Source: Deltaproteobacteria bacterium (GTDB lineage: Bacteria; Myxococcota; JACRCW01). Taken from it: a DNA stretch of 64,000 bases. Shown here piece after piece: positions 35,115-46,178 of the stretch. Made by a program: the position numbers and the translations under genes. The stretch is taken from assembly GCA_016218805.1 (NCBI GenBank), contig JACRCW010000032.1, positions 1 through 64,000 of the forward strand, written 5' to 3'. The stretch's first letter is position 1, and the number at the start of each line of letters is the position of its first letter. The notes below the pieces were generated by a model. That model worked only from the letters and a program-made list of their open reading frames with translations. It was not told the origin of the DNA and did not search any database.

Positions 35115-35387
35115 CCGACCGCCACCTGCATGCGCAGATTCGCGATGTTGGCGGTGGACTTGAGGGGATGCGCAGCAGCCGTCACGTAGCCTACGGACCG
35201 TTTTCGGCCGTGGGTTTGATGAAGCGCGAGTCAAACTCGAAGGGACTGCACGGCTGTTGCGGAGCCCGGAGTCGATGACCAGGACCACCGGGAAATTCGA
35301 GGATGCCTTGTTCGCGGAGGGCAACGCTCCAACGCCACGCTCCCGCACAGCAGGCGGGGCGTGTCACGCGCAGGGGCTCACCACCGC

Positions 35388-35798
35388 TCAGCGGTTGGTG
35401 GCGTCCGGTCCGGGCATGTTGCCGCCCAGCATTTCCGCCACAGGGTTCTGGCGGATGGGCGAGGTCAGCGCGGTGCGGCACGCGCCGGGGTTCTGCGCGC
35501 ACTGCGGGACCACGGACACGGCGGCCGCCACCGTGGCCAGCGAGGCCGTCCCGGCGGCCATGGTGGCCACGCCGGCCACGCCCAGGCCAATGCGCACCAG
35601 GCGCGTGGTGCCGGTGGTCTCATCGCGCTCCATCAGGAACGCCCGGACCTTCCCGACCATGCCGCCCGAGTGGGCGCAGCCGCACTTCTTGGCGCAGGGC
35701 GCCTTGGCCGGGGCGGCCTCGTCGGCAAACGCGGGGCCGGCGGCCAGGGCCAGGGTGGAGACCATGAGGGAGGAGAGGAGCTTGTTGGAGGTCGTCAT
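35388..35798 (-). CDS. Small secreted hypothetical protein with Cys motifs and a hydrophobic segment
   Basis: Signal MTTSNKLLSSLMVSTLALAAGPAFA; host-like codon usage. Confidence 0.55.
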   Translation of the reverse strand: MTTSNKLLSSLMVSTLALAAGPAFADEAAPAKAPCAKKCGCAHSGGMVGKVRAFLMERDETTGTTRLVRIGLGVAGVATMAAGTASLATVAAAVSVVPQCAQNPGACRTALTSPIRQNPVAEMLGGNMPGPDATNR

Positions 35799-35939
35799 AG
35801 TGGGGGCGATGTACGCGCCGGGGCCCCGATCCGCAACCGCGGCGACGGCGACCGCATCCGGCAACGGGAGGATGCGTGCTTACCGGCTCCCGGTCGGTAG
35901 CGTCGCGCGGGGCTCGTCCCTAAGTTGCGGCCCACCTTC

Positions 35940-36686
35940 ATGGCCCCCGTCGTCACTTCCCCATCCCCCGCCACGGGCGCACCGCTCATCCACCTGCGGG
36001 ACGTGGTGAAGACCTACCAGACGCCCGCGGGTGACTTCCCCGCGCTCAAGGGAGTGAACCTCTCCATCGGCAAGGGCGAGTTCGTGGCCATCATTGGACG
36101 GTCCGGTTCCGGCAAATCCACCATGGTCAACATGATCACCGGGATAGACAAGCCCACGCGCGGCGAGGTGATCGTCGCCGGCACGCCGGTGCACCAGCTG
36201 AGCGAGAACGAGACGGCGCGCTGGCGCGGGGTCACGGTGGGCGTGGTGTTCCAGTTCTTCCAGCTGCTGCCCACGCTCACCGTGGTGGACAACATCATGC
36301 TGCCCATGGACTTTTGTAACCGTTACGCGGTGCGGGAACGCCGTCAGCGCGCCATGGCGCTGCTGGACATGGTGGAGCTGGCGGACCAGGCGCACAAGCT
36401 CCCCAGCGAACTCTCCGGCGGACAGCAGCAGCGCGCGGCCATTGCCCGCAGCCTGGCCAATGACCCGCCCATCCTCTGTGCTGACGAGCCCACCGGCAAC
36501 CTGGACAGCCGGACGGCGGAGCGGATCTTTGCGCTGTTTGTGGACATGGCGGCGCGCGGGCGGACGGTGGTGATGGTCACGCATGACCGCGAGCTGTCCG
36601 GCCGCGTGCACCGCGCGGTCATCGTCGCCGACGGAGAGGTGGTGGAGGAACACATCAACGCGGCCCCCGGTGGGAACGGCGCATGA
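35940..36686 (+). CDS. ABC transporter ATP-binding protein (MacB/LolD family)
   Basis: [39 protein letters not shown]. Confidence 0.93.
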   Translation: MAPVVTSPSPATGAPLIHLRDVVKTYQTPAGDFPALKGVNLSIGKGEFVAIIGRSGSGKSTMVNMITGIDKPTRGEVIVAGTPVHQLSENETARWRGVTVGVVFQFFQLLPTLTVVDNIMLPMDFCNRYAVRERRQRAMALLDMVELADQAHKLPSELSGGQQQRAAIARSLANDPPILCADEPTGNLDSRTAERIFALFVDMAARGRTVVMVTHDRELSGRVHRAVIVADGEVVEEHINAAPGGNGA

Positions 36687-39076
36687 TCGGACCGCGCGGC
36701 AAGAAGGTCATTTCGGACCTGGTGCACAACAAGACGCGCTCGGCGTTGGTGATCCTCTCCATGGCCACCGGGGTGTTTGCCGTCGGGCTCGTGGCGGGGT
36801 CGCACCGCACGCTCACCGAAACGCTGGTGCAGGGCTACATGCGCAGCTCCCCGGCGATGGCCACGCTGTTCTTCCTGGAACCGTTTGAGGTGGACCTGCA
36901 CGAGACGGTGCGCAACTTCCGCGGCGTGCGCGAGGCGCAGGGCCGCCGCAACCTGCAGGTGCGCATGCTGGGGGACACCGACGACGACTCCAAGCCGCTG
37001 ACGCTGGTGGGCGTGCCGGATTTCCGTGACGTGCGCATCAACCGCTTCCGCGTGGAGTCCGGCCGCGTGCCGCCGCCGCAGGATGTTGTGCTGGTTGAGC
37101 GCAGCGCGCTGAAGGCCGCCAACTGGAAGGTGGGTGACCGCTTCCAGGTGGAGACGCCGCAACGCAAGCGGCGCTGGCTCACCGTGGGCGGCGAGGTTGT
37201 TGACGTCAACGCGCCGTCCGCCAACTTCACCGGGCAGCTGCAGGGCTACGTGGTGCTGGACACCATTGAAGCGCTGGGTGAGGAGCCGCGGCCGGACGTC
37301 ATGCTGCTGCAACTGGACCTGGACAAGCCCACGCGTGACGAAGTGCGCAACCAGGTCCGTTCCATCCGCAACCGTTTGGACGGGTCTGGCTACAACGTGG
37401 TGTGGTCCTGGGTGCCGCCGCCCGGGCAGCATCCCGCCGCGGATCCGCTGACCACGCTGCTCACCGTGCTGGCGGTGATGGGGCTGCTGGTGCTGTTCCT
37501 GTCCGGGTTCCTGCTGGTCAACACCATCGGCGCGCTGCTGACGCAGCAGACGCGGCAGATCGGCGTGATGAAGGCGGTGGGCGCCACCACCGGGCAGATC
37601 TTCGGGCTCTACATCACGCTCGTCGTCGTGTACTGCACGCTCAGCGTGGCCCTGGCGGTGCCGCTGGGCTTCTGGGCCGCGCGCGAGGCCTGCGCGTACG
37701 TGGCCGGGCTGTTGAACCTGGAACTGGAACCGTTTGTGGTCCCACCGGAGATCCTGGCGGCGGAGATTGCGCTGGGCTTCCTGGTGCCGCTGCTGGCCGC
37801 GGTGGTCCCGGTGCTGCGCGCCGCGCGCATCACCGTGCGCGAAGCGGTGGCGTTCTATGGGCTCAGCGGCGGCGGGTTCGGCGGGGCGTGGGTGGACCGC
37901 ATGGTGGCGCGCATCCGCTTCCTGACGCGCCCGGCGCTGTTGTCCCTGCGCAACACGTTCCGGCGGAAGGGACGGCTGTTCCTCACGCTGGCCACCCTCT
38001 CCATGGGCGGGGCCATCTTCATGGGGGTGTACTCAGTGCGCGCGTCCCTTCTGGAGACGCTGGACGCGGCCATGCAGTACTGGAACTACGACGCCGAGGC
38101 GGAGTTCACGCGCCCCTACCGCGCGGACCAGGTGATCAACGAGGCGCTGCGCGTGCCCGGCGTGGTGCGCGCGGAAAGCTGGGGTTTCTCCGGCGCGCAG
38201 ATTGTGGATGACTGGAACGGGAAGAAGGAGACGCGCGTGTTCTTCATTGCGCCGCCCGCGGACACGGACATGCTGCGGCCCACCCTGGTGGACGGGCGCT
38301 GGCTGCGCAACGACGACACCACGCACGTGGTGATCAACACGGAGGTGCTCAAGCAGGAGCCGGACATCAAGGTGGGTGACGTGCTGCGCATCCGCATTGG
38401 GCTGCACAAGACGGAGTGGAAGGTGGTGGGGATTGTGCAGGGCGTGCTGTCCGGCGCGTTTGTGTACGCCAACCGGCCGCACTTTGGTTACGTCTCCGGC
38501 GAGGCGGGCCGCGCCAGTTCGCTGCAGATTGTCACCGACGGGCACGACGAGGCCACGCACAAGCGCGTGGTGCGCGCCCTGGAGGAGCGCTTCAAGCTGC
38601 TGGGCATCCAGGTCAACAACGTGAGCGCCGCCAGCGAGTGGAAGGGGCGGGCGCGCAAGCAGTTTGACGTCATCATCTCATTCCTGCTGGTGATGGCGGT
38701 GCTGATGGCGTTTGTGGGCGGGTTGGCACTCATGGGCACCATGGGCATCAACGTGCTGGAGCGCGTGCGCGAGGTGGGCGTCATCCGTGCGGTGGGCGCG
38801 GGCACCTCCAGCGTGCTGTCCATCTTCATCCTGGAGGGCGTCACCATTGGTCTCATCAGCTGGGCCCAGGGGGTGATCCTGTCCCTGCCGGTGGCGTGGG
38901 CGCTGGGCCACCAGGTGGGGATGATGTTCACGCGCGCGCCGCTGCGCTTCTCCCCGTCGGTGGAGGGCATGGCGGCGTGGTTGGTGCTCATCCTGGCGCT
39001 GTCCGCGTTGGCCAGCGTGGCCCCCGCGTGGCGGGCCGCGCGCCTGCGCGTGCGCGAAGTGCTGGCGACGGAGTAA
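36683..39076 (+). CDS. ABC transporter permease (MacB/FtsX family, duplicated)
   Basis: Two halves each with TM, periplasmic domain and FtsX segment ([24 protein letters not shown]); ATGA overlap. Confidence 0.9.
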   Translation: MIGPRGKKVISDLVHNKTRSALVILSMATGVFAVGLVAGSHRTLTETLVQGYMRSSPAMATLFFLEPFEVDLHETVRNFRGVREAQGRRNLQVRMLGDTDDDSKPLTLVGVPDFRDVRINRFRVESGRVPPPQDVVLVERSALKAANWKVGDRFQVETPQRKRRWLTVGGEVVDVNAPSANFTGQLQGYVVLDTIEALGEEPRPDVMLLQLDLDKPTRDEVRNQVRSIRNRLDGSGYNVVWSWVPPPGQHPAADPLTTLLTVLAVMGLLVLFLSGFLLVNTIGALLTQQTRQIGVMKAVGATTGQIFGLYITLVVVYCTLSVALAVPLGFWAAREACAYVAGLLNLELEPFVVPPEILAAEIALGFLVPLLAAVVPVLRAARITVREAVAFYGLSGGGFGGAWVDRMVARIRFLTRPALLSLRNTFRRKGRLFLTLATLSMGGAIFMGVYSVRASLLETLDAAMQYWNYDAEAEFTRPYRADQVINEALRVPGVVRAESWGFSGAQIVDDWNGKKETRVFFIAPPADTDMLRPTLVDGRWLRNDDTTHVVINTEVLKQEPDIKVGDVLRIRIGLHKTEWKVVGIVQGVLSGAFVYANRPHFGYVSGEAGRASSLQIVTDGHDEATHKRVVRALEERFKLLGIQVNNVSAASEWKGRARKQFDVIISFLLVMAVLMAFVGGLALMGTMGINVLERVREVGVIRAVGAGTSSVLSIFILEGVTIGLISWAQGVILSLPVAWALGHQVGMMFTRAPLRFSPSVEGMAAWLVLILALSALASVAPAWRAARLRVREVLATE

Positions 39077-39082
39077 CAGGCC

Positions 39083-40126
39083 ATGGCGATGACTTTCTCC
39101 TCCCCCTCCCGGTTCCTGGTCCTTGCGGCGGTGCTCGCGGCGGGGGCGTGCGGCGACAAGAAGGACGAGGAGAAGGCCAAGGTGGCGCGGCCCACCGAGG
39201 TGCAGGACGGCGTGGTGGCGGAGGGCGTGGTGGTGCCCGTGCGCTACGCCACGCTCACGCTGCCCGGTGGCGGCCTGCTGCGCGAGCTGCCCGTGCGCGA
39301 AGGCGACCACGTCAAGGAGGGGCAGGTCCTGGCGCGGCTGGACACGCGCGAGATTGAAGGGCGCCTCAAGGTCTCCCGCGCCGAGGTGGCGCGCGCGGAG
39401 GCGGCGCTGCGGCAGCTCAAGGCGGGCGCGCGGGCGGAGGAGGTGGCCGTGCGCGAAGCGAACCTGGCGCAGGCGCGCGGCGAGGTGGAGCGCAACCGCA
39501 GCGAGCTCAACCGGCTCACAAAATTGCGCGCGAAGGAAGTGGTCAGCGACCAGGAAGTGGAACGCGCGCGCGCCGCCGTGGACCGCGCCGAGGCCGCCGT
39601 GGCCATGGCGGTGGCCGAGCTGGACCTGCTGCGCGCCAACGCGCGTCCCGAGGCGGTGGCGGTGTCCGAGGCGGCGGTGGCCGCCGCGCGCGCGGCGGTG
39701 AGCCAGGTGGAGGCCACGCTGTCCATGGTGGAACTGCGCGCGCCGTTTGACGGGACGGTGGTGTGGCTGGAAGCGCGCGCAGGCGAAGTGGTGACACCCG
39801 GCCTGCCCGTGGTGCGCATCGCCGACGTGTCGCGTTTTGTCGTGCGCACGGAGGACCTCACGGAGTTGGCGGTGGTGCGCGTGAATGACGGCGCGCAGGT
39901 GACCCTCACGTTTGACGCGATTCCCGGGCTCAGCATCCCCGGCCGCGTGACCAGCACGCGCCTCTACGGGGAGCGCAAGAAGGGCGACATGACGTACACC
40001 GTCACCGTGGAGCCCTCCGTGGACGACCCGCGGCTGCGCTGGAACATGACCGCGTCGGTGCGCATCGCGTCGCCCGTGGACGGGGGCGCGCCCGGAACCG
40101 TCCAGGTAAAGACCGCCGACCGCTGA
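39083..40126 (+). CDS. Membrane-fusion/periplasmic adaptor protein (HlyD/MacA-like), lipoprotein
   Basis: AAGAC lipobox; [15 protein letters not shown]; long coiled hairpin; LRAPFDGTV. Confidence 0.9.
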   Translation: MAMTFSSPSRFLVLAAVLAAGACGDKKDEEKAKVARPTEVQDGVVAEGVVVPVRYATLTLPGGGLLRELPVREGDHVKEGQVLARLDTREIEGRLKVSRAEVARAEAALRQLKAGARAEEVAVREANLAQARGEVERNRSELNRLTKLRAKEVVSDQEVERARAAVDRAEAAVAMAVAELDLLRANARPEAVAVSEAAVAAARAAVSQVEATLSMVELRAPFDGTVVWLEARAGEVVTPGLPVVRIADVSRFVVRTEDLTELAVVRVNDGAQVTLTFDAIPGLSIPGRVTSTRLYGERKKGDMTYTVTVEPSVDDPRLRWNMTASVRIASPVDGGAPGTVQVKTADR

Positions 40127-40188
40127 ACGTTGACAACGCCGCGGGGCATGCGCTCCATGGCGTCCACACTTCCCCACTGGAGAGACCC

Positions 40189-40704
40189 ATGGCCAATCCC
40201 GTTGCTACCTTTGAGACCTCGCTCGGCACCTTCAAGGCAGAGCTGTTCGTGGACAAGATGCCCGTCACCGCCAAGAACTTCATGGACCTGGCCAAGAGCG
40301 GCTTCTACGACGGGCTGCACTTCCACCGCGTCATTGACGAGTTCATGATCCAGTTCGGCTGCGTGCATTCGCGCGATCCCAACAGCTCACGCGCCGGCAC
40401 GGGCGAGTCCCCGCGCGGCAACATCAAGGACGAGTTCCCGTCCCAGTACAAGATTTCCAACGACGTGGGGACGCTGTCCATGGCCAACACCGGCCGGCCC
40501 AACTCCGGCGGCAGCCAGTTCTTCATCAACACCGTCCACAACGACAACCTGGACTGGTTCACCCCGGGCCCGTCACGCCACCCGGTGTTTGGGAAGGTCA
40601 CGGAGGGCATGGACGTGGTGACCAAGATTGAGAAGTCCCCCACCGGCGAGAACGACCGGCCCAAGACGCCCATCAAGATGATCAAGGTGACCGTCAAGGA
40701 GTGA
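40189..40704 (+). CDS. Cyclophilin-type peptidyl-prolyl cis-trans isomerase
   Basis: [45 protein letters not shown]. Confidence 0.95.
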   Translation: MANPVATFETSLGTFKAELFVDKMPVTAKNFMDLAKSGFYDGLHFHRVIDEFMIQFGCVHSRDPNSSRAGTGESPRGNIKDEFPSQYKISNDVGTLSMANTGRPNSGGSQFFINTVHNDNLDWFTPGPSRHPVFGKVTEGMDVVTKIEKSPTGENDRPKTPIKMIKVTVKE

Positions 40705-40711
40705 GGGTTGC

Positions 40712-41308
40712 TCACCAGTCCCGCGCGCGGTCGCTGAGCCCGTCCTCGTCAAACATGGATTTCAGCGTGGAGCGGTCGTCCTCGGCCAATGACGAGGACG
40801 CGCCGCCCTGCCGCGCCACCTGGTCCGACAGCCGCCGCGAGATGCGGATGTGTGCGGCCACCAGGTCCCGCGCGTCCTTGTCCAGGTCCACAAACGACAC
40901 CGCGAACCCCGTGGCCTTCCCCACCGGCCGCGTGGATTTCTGCACCGGCTTCTGCGCCTCCACCGCCGCGCGCTGCAGGTCCTCCATGCGGAACATCATG
41001 GTGGCGCTGTCACCCATGGTGGACGCCGTGGCCGCGTGCAGGCCCTTCTCCCCCAGCTCCGCGGCCAACTTCACGCCGGCCGGTGTCGTCGGAATGGCCG
41101 CCTCAACGCGCGCGCGGCAGCGCAGCGTCCGCTTCTGCGTGGACAGGCGGAACACCAGCGGGATGATCTCGCCAATGATGGGCACGCTGTCACACAGGAT
41201 GCCGCAGCCCTCCTCGGACAGGATGTTCATCCGCTCCAGGTACAACAGCCCGGCGCTCTGGAACGCCACCGGCGTGGTGGTGGGAACTCCAACGAAGCGC
41301 GGGCTCAT
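40712..41308 (-). CDS. Degenerate PilZ-like domain protein
   Basis: ILSEEGCGI (like NLS.GG), L.FRL....L.C.ARV, then after an insert GFAVSFVDL....R..VAAHI. Confidence 0.5.
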   Translation of the reverse strand: MSPRFVGVPTTTPVAFQSAGLLYLERMNILSEEGCGILCDSVPIIGEIIPLVFRLSTQKRTLRCRARVEAAIPTTPAGVKLAAELGEKGLHAATASTMGDSATMMFRMEDLQRAAVEAQKPVQKSTRPVGKATGFAVSFVDLDKDARDLVAAHIRISRRLSDQVARQGGASSSLAEDDRSTLKSMFDEDGLSDRARDW

Positions 41309-41333
41309 GACCGCACTGTAGCCGCGCCGCGCA

Positions 41334-42665
41334 TCACTCCACCAGCGCGCCCAGCGGGTTCCAGTCAAACGTCTCATCCACGACGAGGTTGAGGTCCACG
41401 CCGTGCAGGCGCGCGGGGTCCAGCACGCCCAGCCGGCCGTGGTAGGCCGCGCCATCCCGCCGGCGGCGCGCCATCACCGTGGGCTCCACCGGTTCACCGC
41501 GCAGCAGGCCGTAGATCTCTGACGCGCGGTAGGACCACGTGTAATCCGGTGCACCGTGCGCGCCGGCCGGGAAGCGCAGCGGGTTCCACGCAGCCACATG
41601 CCAGCTGCGCGTCCCTGACGGAAACACAATGTCCACCTGGAAGATGGCGCGCCGATCCCACAGCCGCCGCAGCGGTCCCTTGAGGCGCCAGTCCAGCAGC
41701 TGCGCCAGGGCAGCGGGCACGGTCTCCGCCATCACGCGCTCCACCGCGTCGTCCATGGCGCCTTCCGGGTGCGCGTGGATGTTGGGGTCATGCAGCGCGG
41801 GCGGCGCATGGCGCTCCGGGTCAAACTCCGTGCGGTATTCGTCCATGTCCACCGTGCGCGCGTACGGCGTGGCGTGACGGCGCACGCCGCCGTCAGAGAC
41901 CACCAGCGCTTCACCGGGGTTCACCTGCAGCGTCTTCACGTCCGGCGCCAGCACGGCCAGGTCCTGACAGAACTGGTCACGCGAGGCGGGGAACAGCCGG
42001 TGGTTCACCCAGTCCAACCGGTCCGCGGCGCGCAGGCCGCAACTGCCCGGGATGACGGTGCGCGCGCGGCAGCACACCGCCATCTCCAGCAGGCGCTCGT
42101 AGCGGTCACGCGGGAAGGACACTTCATCCGTCCACATGCCGGCGTATTCCAACAGCGGGCGGTAGGCGCAGAATGCAACGTCCAGGTTGCCATCCAACTG
42201 CTCCAGCACCTCCACGCACGTGCGCTGCGTGACCACGGTGTCCACCTGGTTCCACACGGACGCGCCCGGCGAGGTGAACAGCACGCCCATCTCCGGCCCC
42301 GGCCCCGCAGAACCCGTGGACGTCAGCGACAGGCCGCGCAACTGCACCAGGTCACCCGCGGCGAGCGCGTGCACGTCCTGAAAACCCAGGCGCGTCAACG
42401 CGCGCACCAACTCCGAATCCCGCGGAACGTAGACGGGAATGTCCCGCGGCAGGCGGGACAGCGTGGGCGCGTGAAAGTGGTCCAGGTGCGAATGTGAGAT
42501 CACCAGTGCGTCCGGGCGCGGCAGCGCGTCGGGGAACACCTCGCGCCGCGGGCAGGACACCACCAGGTCGCCCTGGAACGGGTCGCTGAACACGGGGTCC
42601 ATGTAGACCGTGGTGCCGTCGGATTCGACGACGAGGCTGGCGTGGCCGAGCAGCGTGACCTGCAT
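41334..42665 (-). CDS. MBL-fold metallo-hydrolase (UlaG/beta-lactamase B-like) with a C-terminal extension
   Basis: LLGHASL, MDPVF, ISHSHLDHF. Confidence 0.75.
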   Translation of the reverse strand: MQVTLLGHASLVVESDGTTVYMDPVFSDPFQGDLVVSCPRREVFPDALPRPDALVISHSHLDHFHAPTLSRLPRDIPVYVPRDSELVRALTRLGFQDVHALAAGDLVQLRGLSLTSTGSAGPGPEMGVLFTSPGASVWNQVDTVVTQRTCVEVLEQLDGNLDVAFCAYRPLLEYAGMWTDEVSFPRDRYERLLEMAVCCRARTVIPGSCGLRAADRLDWVNHRLFPASRDQFCQDLAVLAPDVKTLQVNPGEALVVSDGGVRRHATPYARTVDMDEYRTEFDPERHAPPALHDPNIHAHPEGAMDDAVERVMAETVPAALAQLLDWRLKGPLRRLWDRRAIFQVDIVFPSGTRSWHVAAWNPLRFPAGAHGAPDYTWSYRASEIYGLLRGEPVEPTVMARRRRDGAAYHGRLGVLDPARLHGVDLNLVVDETFDWNPLGALVE

Positions 42666-42731
42666 GGAAGAAGCCCTCCGCGGGGGCAGACATCCCCCGC
42701 GGAGGGCCGGGCCAGCAAGCGTCCTGCGCGT

Positions 42732-43805
42732 TCAGCGGGCCTGCAGTTGCGCCTCGTCGAGTTCCGCTTCGTTGCCGCGGTCATCCCGCACGCGCACCTT
42801 GGCGCCCTTCTTCTCCAGCACCTTCAGGCGGTCACCCGACTTCACCGTGCGTCCTTCAACGGAAACGGACGCCTTGGGCGTGACGCCGTAGCTCTTGTCG
42901 AGGTCCTTGTTCGCCTTGCCCTTGCCCACCACCAGGTTGGTGGTCATCTGCTGGAATGCGTAGCTGCTCTCCACGTCGGACATGCGCGCCGCGGGGGCCG
43001 CCGCCTGGAACTCCTTCTTGTCCTCCTCGGTGAGGCCTTCCACGCTGGCCACGCCCGCCTTCACGTCGGTGGACGGACCCTGCGTGGCCATCTGCCGGTA
43101 GAAGTGGCTGACCACGTGCACCACTTCGCCGTCCTCCCAGCGGAACCGCACCACCACCGGCGCGCTGCCGTACTTGCGGCGCATCTGCTCGGAAGAGGCC
43201 AGCACCGTCACGCGCTTCTTGTCGAGAATCTCAATGGGATAGCTGCCGCCCTCCAGCCACCACTGCGGCTGGCCGCCCTTGGACAGCAGCATGTTGCTCA
43301 TCAGGTTGTCGTCGTGTTCGCCCACCTGCACCGCGGTGACGTGGTCACCCGTGGAACCGCCGTTGTGACGGATGGTGCGCGGGAACGCCTTCTGCACCAC
43401 GTTCAACAGCGCCCAGTCCGTCGTGTACAGCAGCCCACCCGCGCGCACGAACCGCTCCAGCCGCCGCACGCCCGCGTCCGGCATGTAACCCGGGCAGTCC
43501 ACCATCACGATTTGGTCCGCGTTGAGGTCCGCCTTGGCTACCTGCTCGGGTTCAATCACGGTGTGACGGATGCGCGCCGCCGTGAGCACCTGTTCAATGT
43601 GGTCCATGCTCCCACGCACCACCACGATCTGCCGGCCCTCCACGGCCTTGAGCAGGTTCCAGTCCTCCGGGCGGGTGTTGCGCATGCGGCGTTCCAACAG
43701 GTCCGCTGCTGCCTTTTCCGAGTTCTCGTCAGCACTTGCACCGGCGGGGGCCAACAGGACGAGCGCGGCCAGGGCACGCGGTGCCCAACAAGAGGTGTTC
43801 AGCAT
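42732..43805 (-). CDS. Secreted hypothetical protein (class I GATase-like fold, possible C-terminal SH3-like domain)
   Basis: Signal peptide; G..DHIE.VL, V.CPG, LERFV..GG.L.TTDWAL, G.V.H..SHF; C-terminal GDRLKVLE......VRD..G.E. Confidence 0.55.
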   Translation of the reverse strand: MLNTSCWAPRALAALVLLAPAGASADENSEKAAADLLERRMRNTRPEDWNLLKAVEGRQIVVVRGSMDHIEQVLTAARIRHTVIEPEQVAKADLNADQIVMVDCPGYMPDAGVRRLERFVRAGGLLYTTDWALLNVVQKAFPRTIRHNGGSTGDHVTAVQVGEHDDNLMSNMLLSKGGQPQWWLEGGSYPIEILDKKRVTVLASSEQMRRKYGSAPVVVRFRWEDGEVVHVVSHFYRQMATQGPSTDVKAGVASVEGLTEEDKKEFQAAAPAARMSDVESSYAFQQMTTNLVVGKGKANKDLDKSYGVTPKASVSVEGRTVKSGDRLKVLEKKGAKVRVRDDRGNEAELDEAQLQAR

Positions 43806-43871
43806 GGCGGGTCTCCAGTTCAGGTTGCACCGGTATGAACGCGCCTCCTGCCGGAAAGTTCCTGGCCCGGA

Positions 43872-46094
43872 TCAGCGACGGCGACGCAGCGCCAACACCA
43901 GCACCGCAAGCCACGGCCACCCCGGCCCCGCAGCGGCGCAGTGGAATGGCAGCGGGTCGCGGACCTCGGCCTGCCGGCAGCGCACCGCCAGATTGTACGC
44001 CTGGGACGCGGATGTATTGGGTGTCACGCGCAGCACCAGGTCACCGCCGGGCACGTGGTACGCGCTGGCGGTGGAATGCACCGCGTCCAGCGTTGTTTCG
44101 CCCACGCTGTGGTCACCCAGGAGCCATTGCGGCGTCGCATCGGCGCCGGTGACCTCGGCCATCACGTTGTCTCCGTCCTGCGTGCTGACGACGTAGAAGT
44201 CCACATCTGCCAGCACGTACGCGCCGTCCTGCCCGCAGTTCACACGCGTGGCGGTGGCCGCGTCATTGTTGGGTTCACCGGGGTCCGCCGCGCCGCCGCC
44301 CGACGAACTTCCGCCGCCACTGGCGCCCAGTTGGATGGTGATGGCCGTGCTCTCCGCGCGGTTGCCCGCACCGTCCTGCGCGAACACCTGGATGGGCGCG
44401 CTCCCGGTCCCCGCCGCCACGCGCCACACGTATGCACTGCCCTGCTGCGTGCAACTGGCCGTCACCGACGCGCCCGGACACGGGTAGATGTCACCGCCCG
44501 CACCGAAGTGCAGCTCCACGGCCGTCACACCAACGTCGTCGGTCACGTCCGCCGCAATCTCAATGATGGTGTTCTCCGGAAGGACCTGCCCGTTGGACGG
44601 GCGGGTAAGAATTACCAACGGAGCGCGCGTGTCCGGCGGCGGCGGGTTGGCAACCAGGTCCACCATGACCGACCCGGTCTCCGCGGTATTCCCCGACGAA
44701 TCCACCGCGCGCACGGAGAAGGACCGGGAGCCGTCACCCACGGGCAACGACCAGGTGTAGCGGCTCCCGTTGATGGCACAGGTGACGTCGGAGCGGCTGG
44801 ATGGGCAGAGGAACACGTCGCCGGTGCGTTCCCACAGCAACTCCAGCCGCGCGACGGAGACGTCGTCGGCTGCGGTGGCTTCAATCTCCATCTGCGCGTT
44901 GGCCTGCAGCTGCGCGCCGTTGGCGGGACGCACAATGGAAACGCTGGGCGGCGTGGTGTCCGTTCCACCGCCGCTGCTGCCGTCGGTGAGCGTGATGGTG
45001 CGGGGCGCGGTCACCGTCTCATGGCCCGCGCCGTCACGCGCGCGGAGGCGGAACTGGCGTGAACCCGTCCCCACGCGGAGCTGCCAGGTGTAGCGGCCAC
45101 CGGACACCGTGCACGTGGCGGACTGGCCCTGGTACGGGCACGGGAACGCGGTGCTGTTGTAGTACCAGAGCAGCTCCACGGAGGTGACGCCCACGTCGTC
45201 ACTCGCCTGGCCAATGACGTCTATCACCGAGTTGGCGGGAAGCGCGGCGCCGTCCGCGGGGCTGAGGAAATCCACGGTGGGCGCGCTGAGGTCGCCGCTG
45301 GAGGATCCTCCGGAGCTGGTGGTTCCGTCGGCGGCGCCGAGCTTCTGGTACATGATCTGGACGCTGTTCTGGGAGCTGCGGCCGCAGATGCACTGGCGCG
45401 CGCTGCCTTCGCCGCAGGGGGCGTCATAGTCCTGGAACGACTTGGCGCCGCAGCCGCGCAGGTAGGTCATGGGGTCCTGGCAGTAGAACTCGTGGTCCAA
45501 CGAGAAGCTGTGCGCCACCTCCTGTGCCACGACTTCGCAGATGAGTTGCGGGTTGTTGCCCAGCGTCTCGGCGAAGATGAAGACGACGGCGCGGTCGACG
45601 ACCTCGCAGTAGTAGGGGTCGATCGGCGCCACGCCACCGACGCCGGACGGCAGGGACAGTTGCGAGGGGTTCCCGCCGACGACGGCCTCGACGTGCACGG
45701 TGGACGGGGGCTGGTCGGTGACCTCCACGTTGAAGCGCGCGAACTGCTGTTGCACGCACGCGACCACCTGCTGCCAGCTTGGATCACCCCACGGGTACGC
45801 GTTCACGGAGGCCTGGCCGCTGCTGAGGATGGAGGTGGAGTTGGAGCCGGAGTCGTTGGTGCCGGCGTAGTACGTGCCGCCGTTACGGTTGAGGAAGATG
45901 GGGACGGGCGGACCGCCCGGCGCGAACATGAACGCGGGTGGCCGCGGTGCGTGCGTGAACGGCACGGGCACATAGAGGCTGCGGAGGGGTGGTCCGTCGT
46001 CAGCGCGGGCGGCGTGGGCGGCCGCCAGCAGGATGAGGATCCATGCGCACCTGGGAGGGCGAGGCTCCTGCCGAGCCCTGGGGCCGAAGGTCAT
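43872..46094 (-). CDS. Secreted metzincin-like domain (QExxH variant), three Big-type Ig domains, a PPC-like domain and a MYXO-CTERM-like tail
   Basis: AQEVAHSFSLDH...DPMTY; three D..P.V....P..G....A.DDVGV..VEL repeats; EPNND; HC...W...LALRRRR. Confidence 0.72.
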   Translation of the reverse strand: MTFGPRARQEPRPPRCAWILILLAAAHAARADDGPPLRSLYVPVPFTHAPRPPAFMFAPGGPPVPIFLNRNGGTYYAGTNDSGSNSTSILSSGQASVNAYPWGDPSWQQVVACVQQQFARFNVEVTDQPPSTVHVEAVVGGNPSQLSLPSGVGGVAPIDPYYCEVVDRAVVFIFAETLGNNPQLICEVVAQEVAHSFSLDHEFYCQDPMTYLRGCGAKSFQDYDAPCGEGSARQCICGRSSQNSVQIMYQKLGAADGTTSSGGSSSGDLSAPTVDFLSPADGAALPANSVIDVIGQASDDVGVTSVELLWYYNSTAFPCPYQGQSATCTVSGGRYTWQLRVGTGSRQFRLRARDGAGHETVTAPRTITLTDGSSGGGTDTTPPSVSIVRPANGAQLQANAQMEIEATAADDVSVARLELLWERTGDVFLCPSSRSDVTCAINGSRYTWSLPVGDGSRSFSVRAVDSSGNTAETGSVMVDLVANPPPPDTRAPLVILTRPSNGQVLPENTIIEIAADVTDDVGVTAVELHFGAGGDIYPCPGASVTASCTQQGSAYVWRVAAGTGSAPIQVFAQDGAGNRAESTAITIQLGASGGGSSSGGGAADPGEPNNDAATATRVNCGQDGAYVLADVDFYVVSTQDGDNVMAEVTGADATPQWLLGDHSVGETTLDAVHSTASAYHVPGGDLVLRVTPNTSASQAYNLAVRCRQAEVRDPLPFHCAAAGPGWPWLAVLVLALRRRR

Positions 46095-46178
46095 GTCGCG
46101 TCTCCTCGTGGTTGGCGGAGCGTAGCAAAGCCCGGCGGGTCGGAAAGGGGTTGGGGTAGGACACCCGGCGGAGGACGG

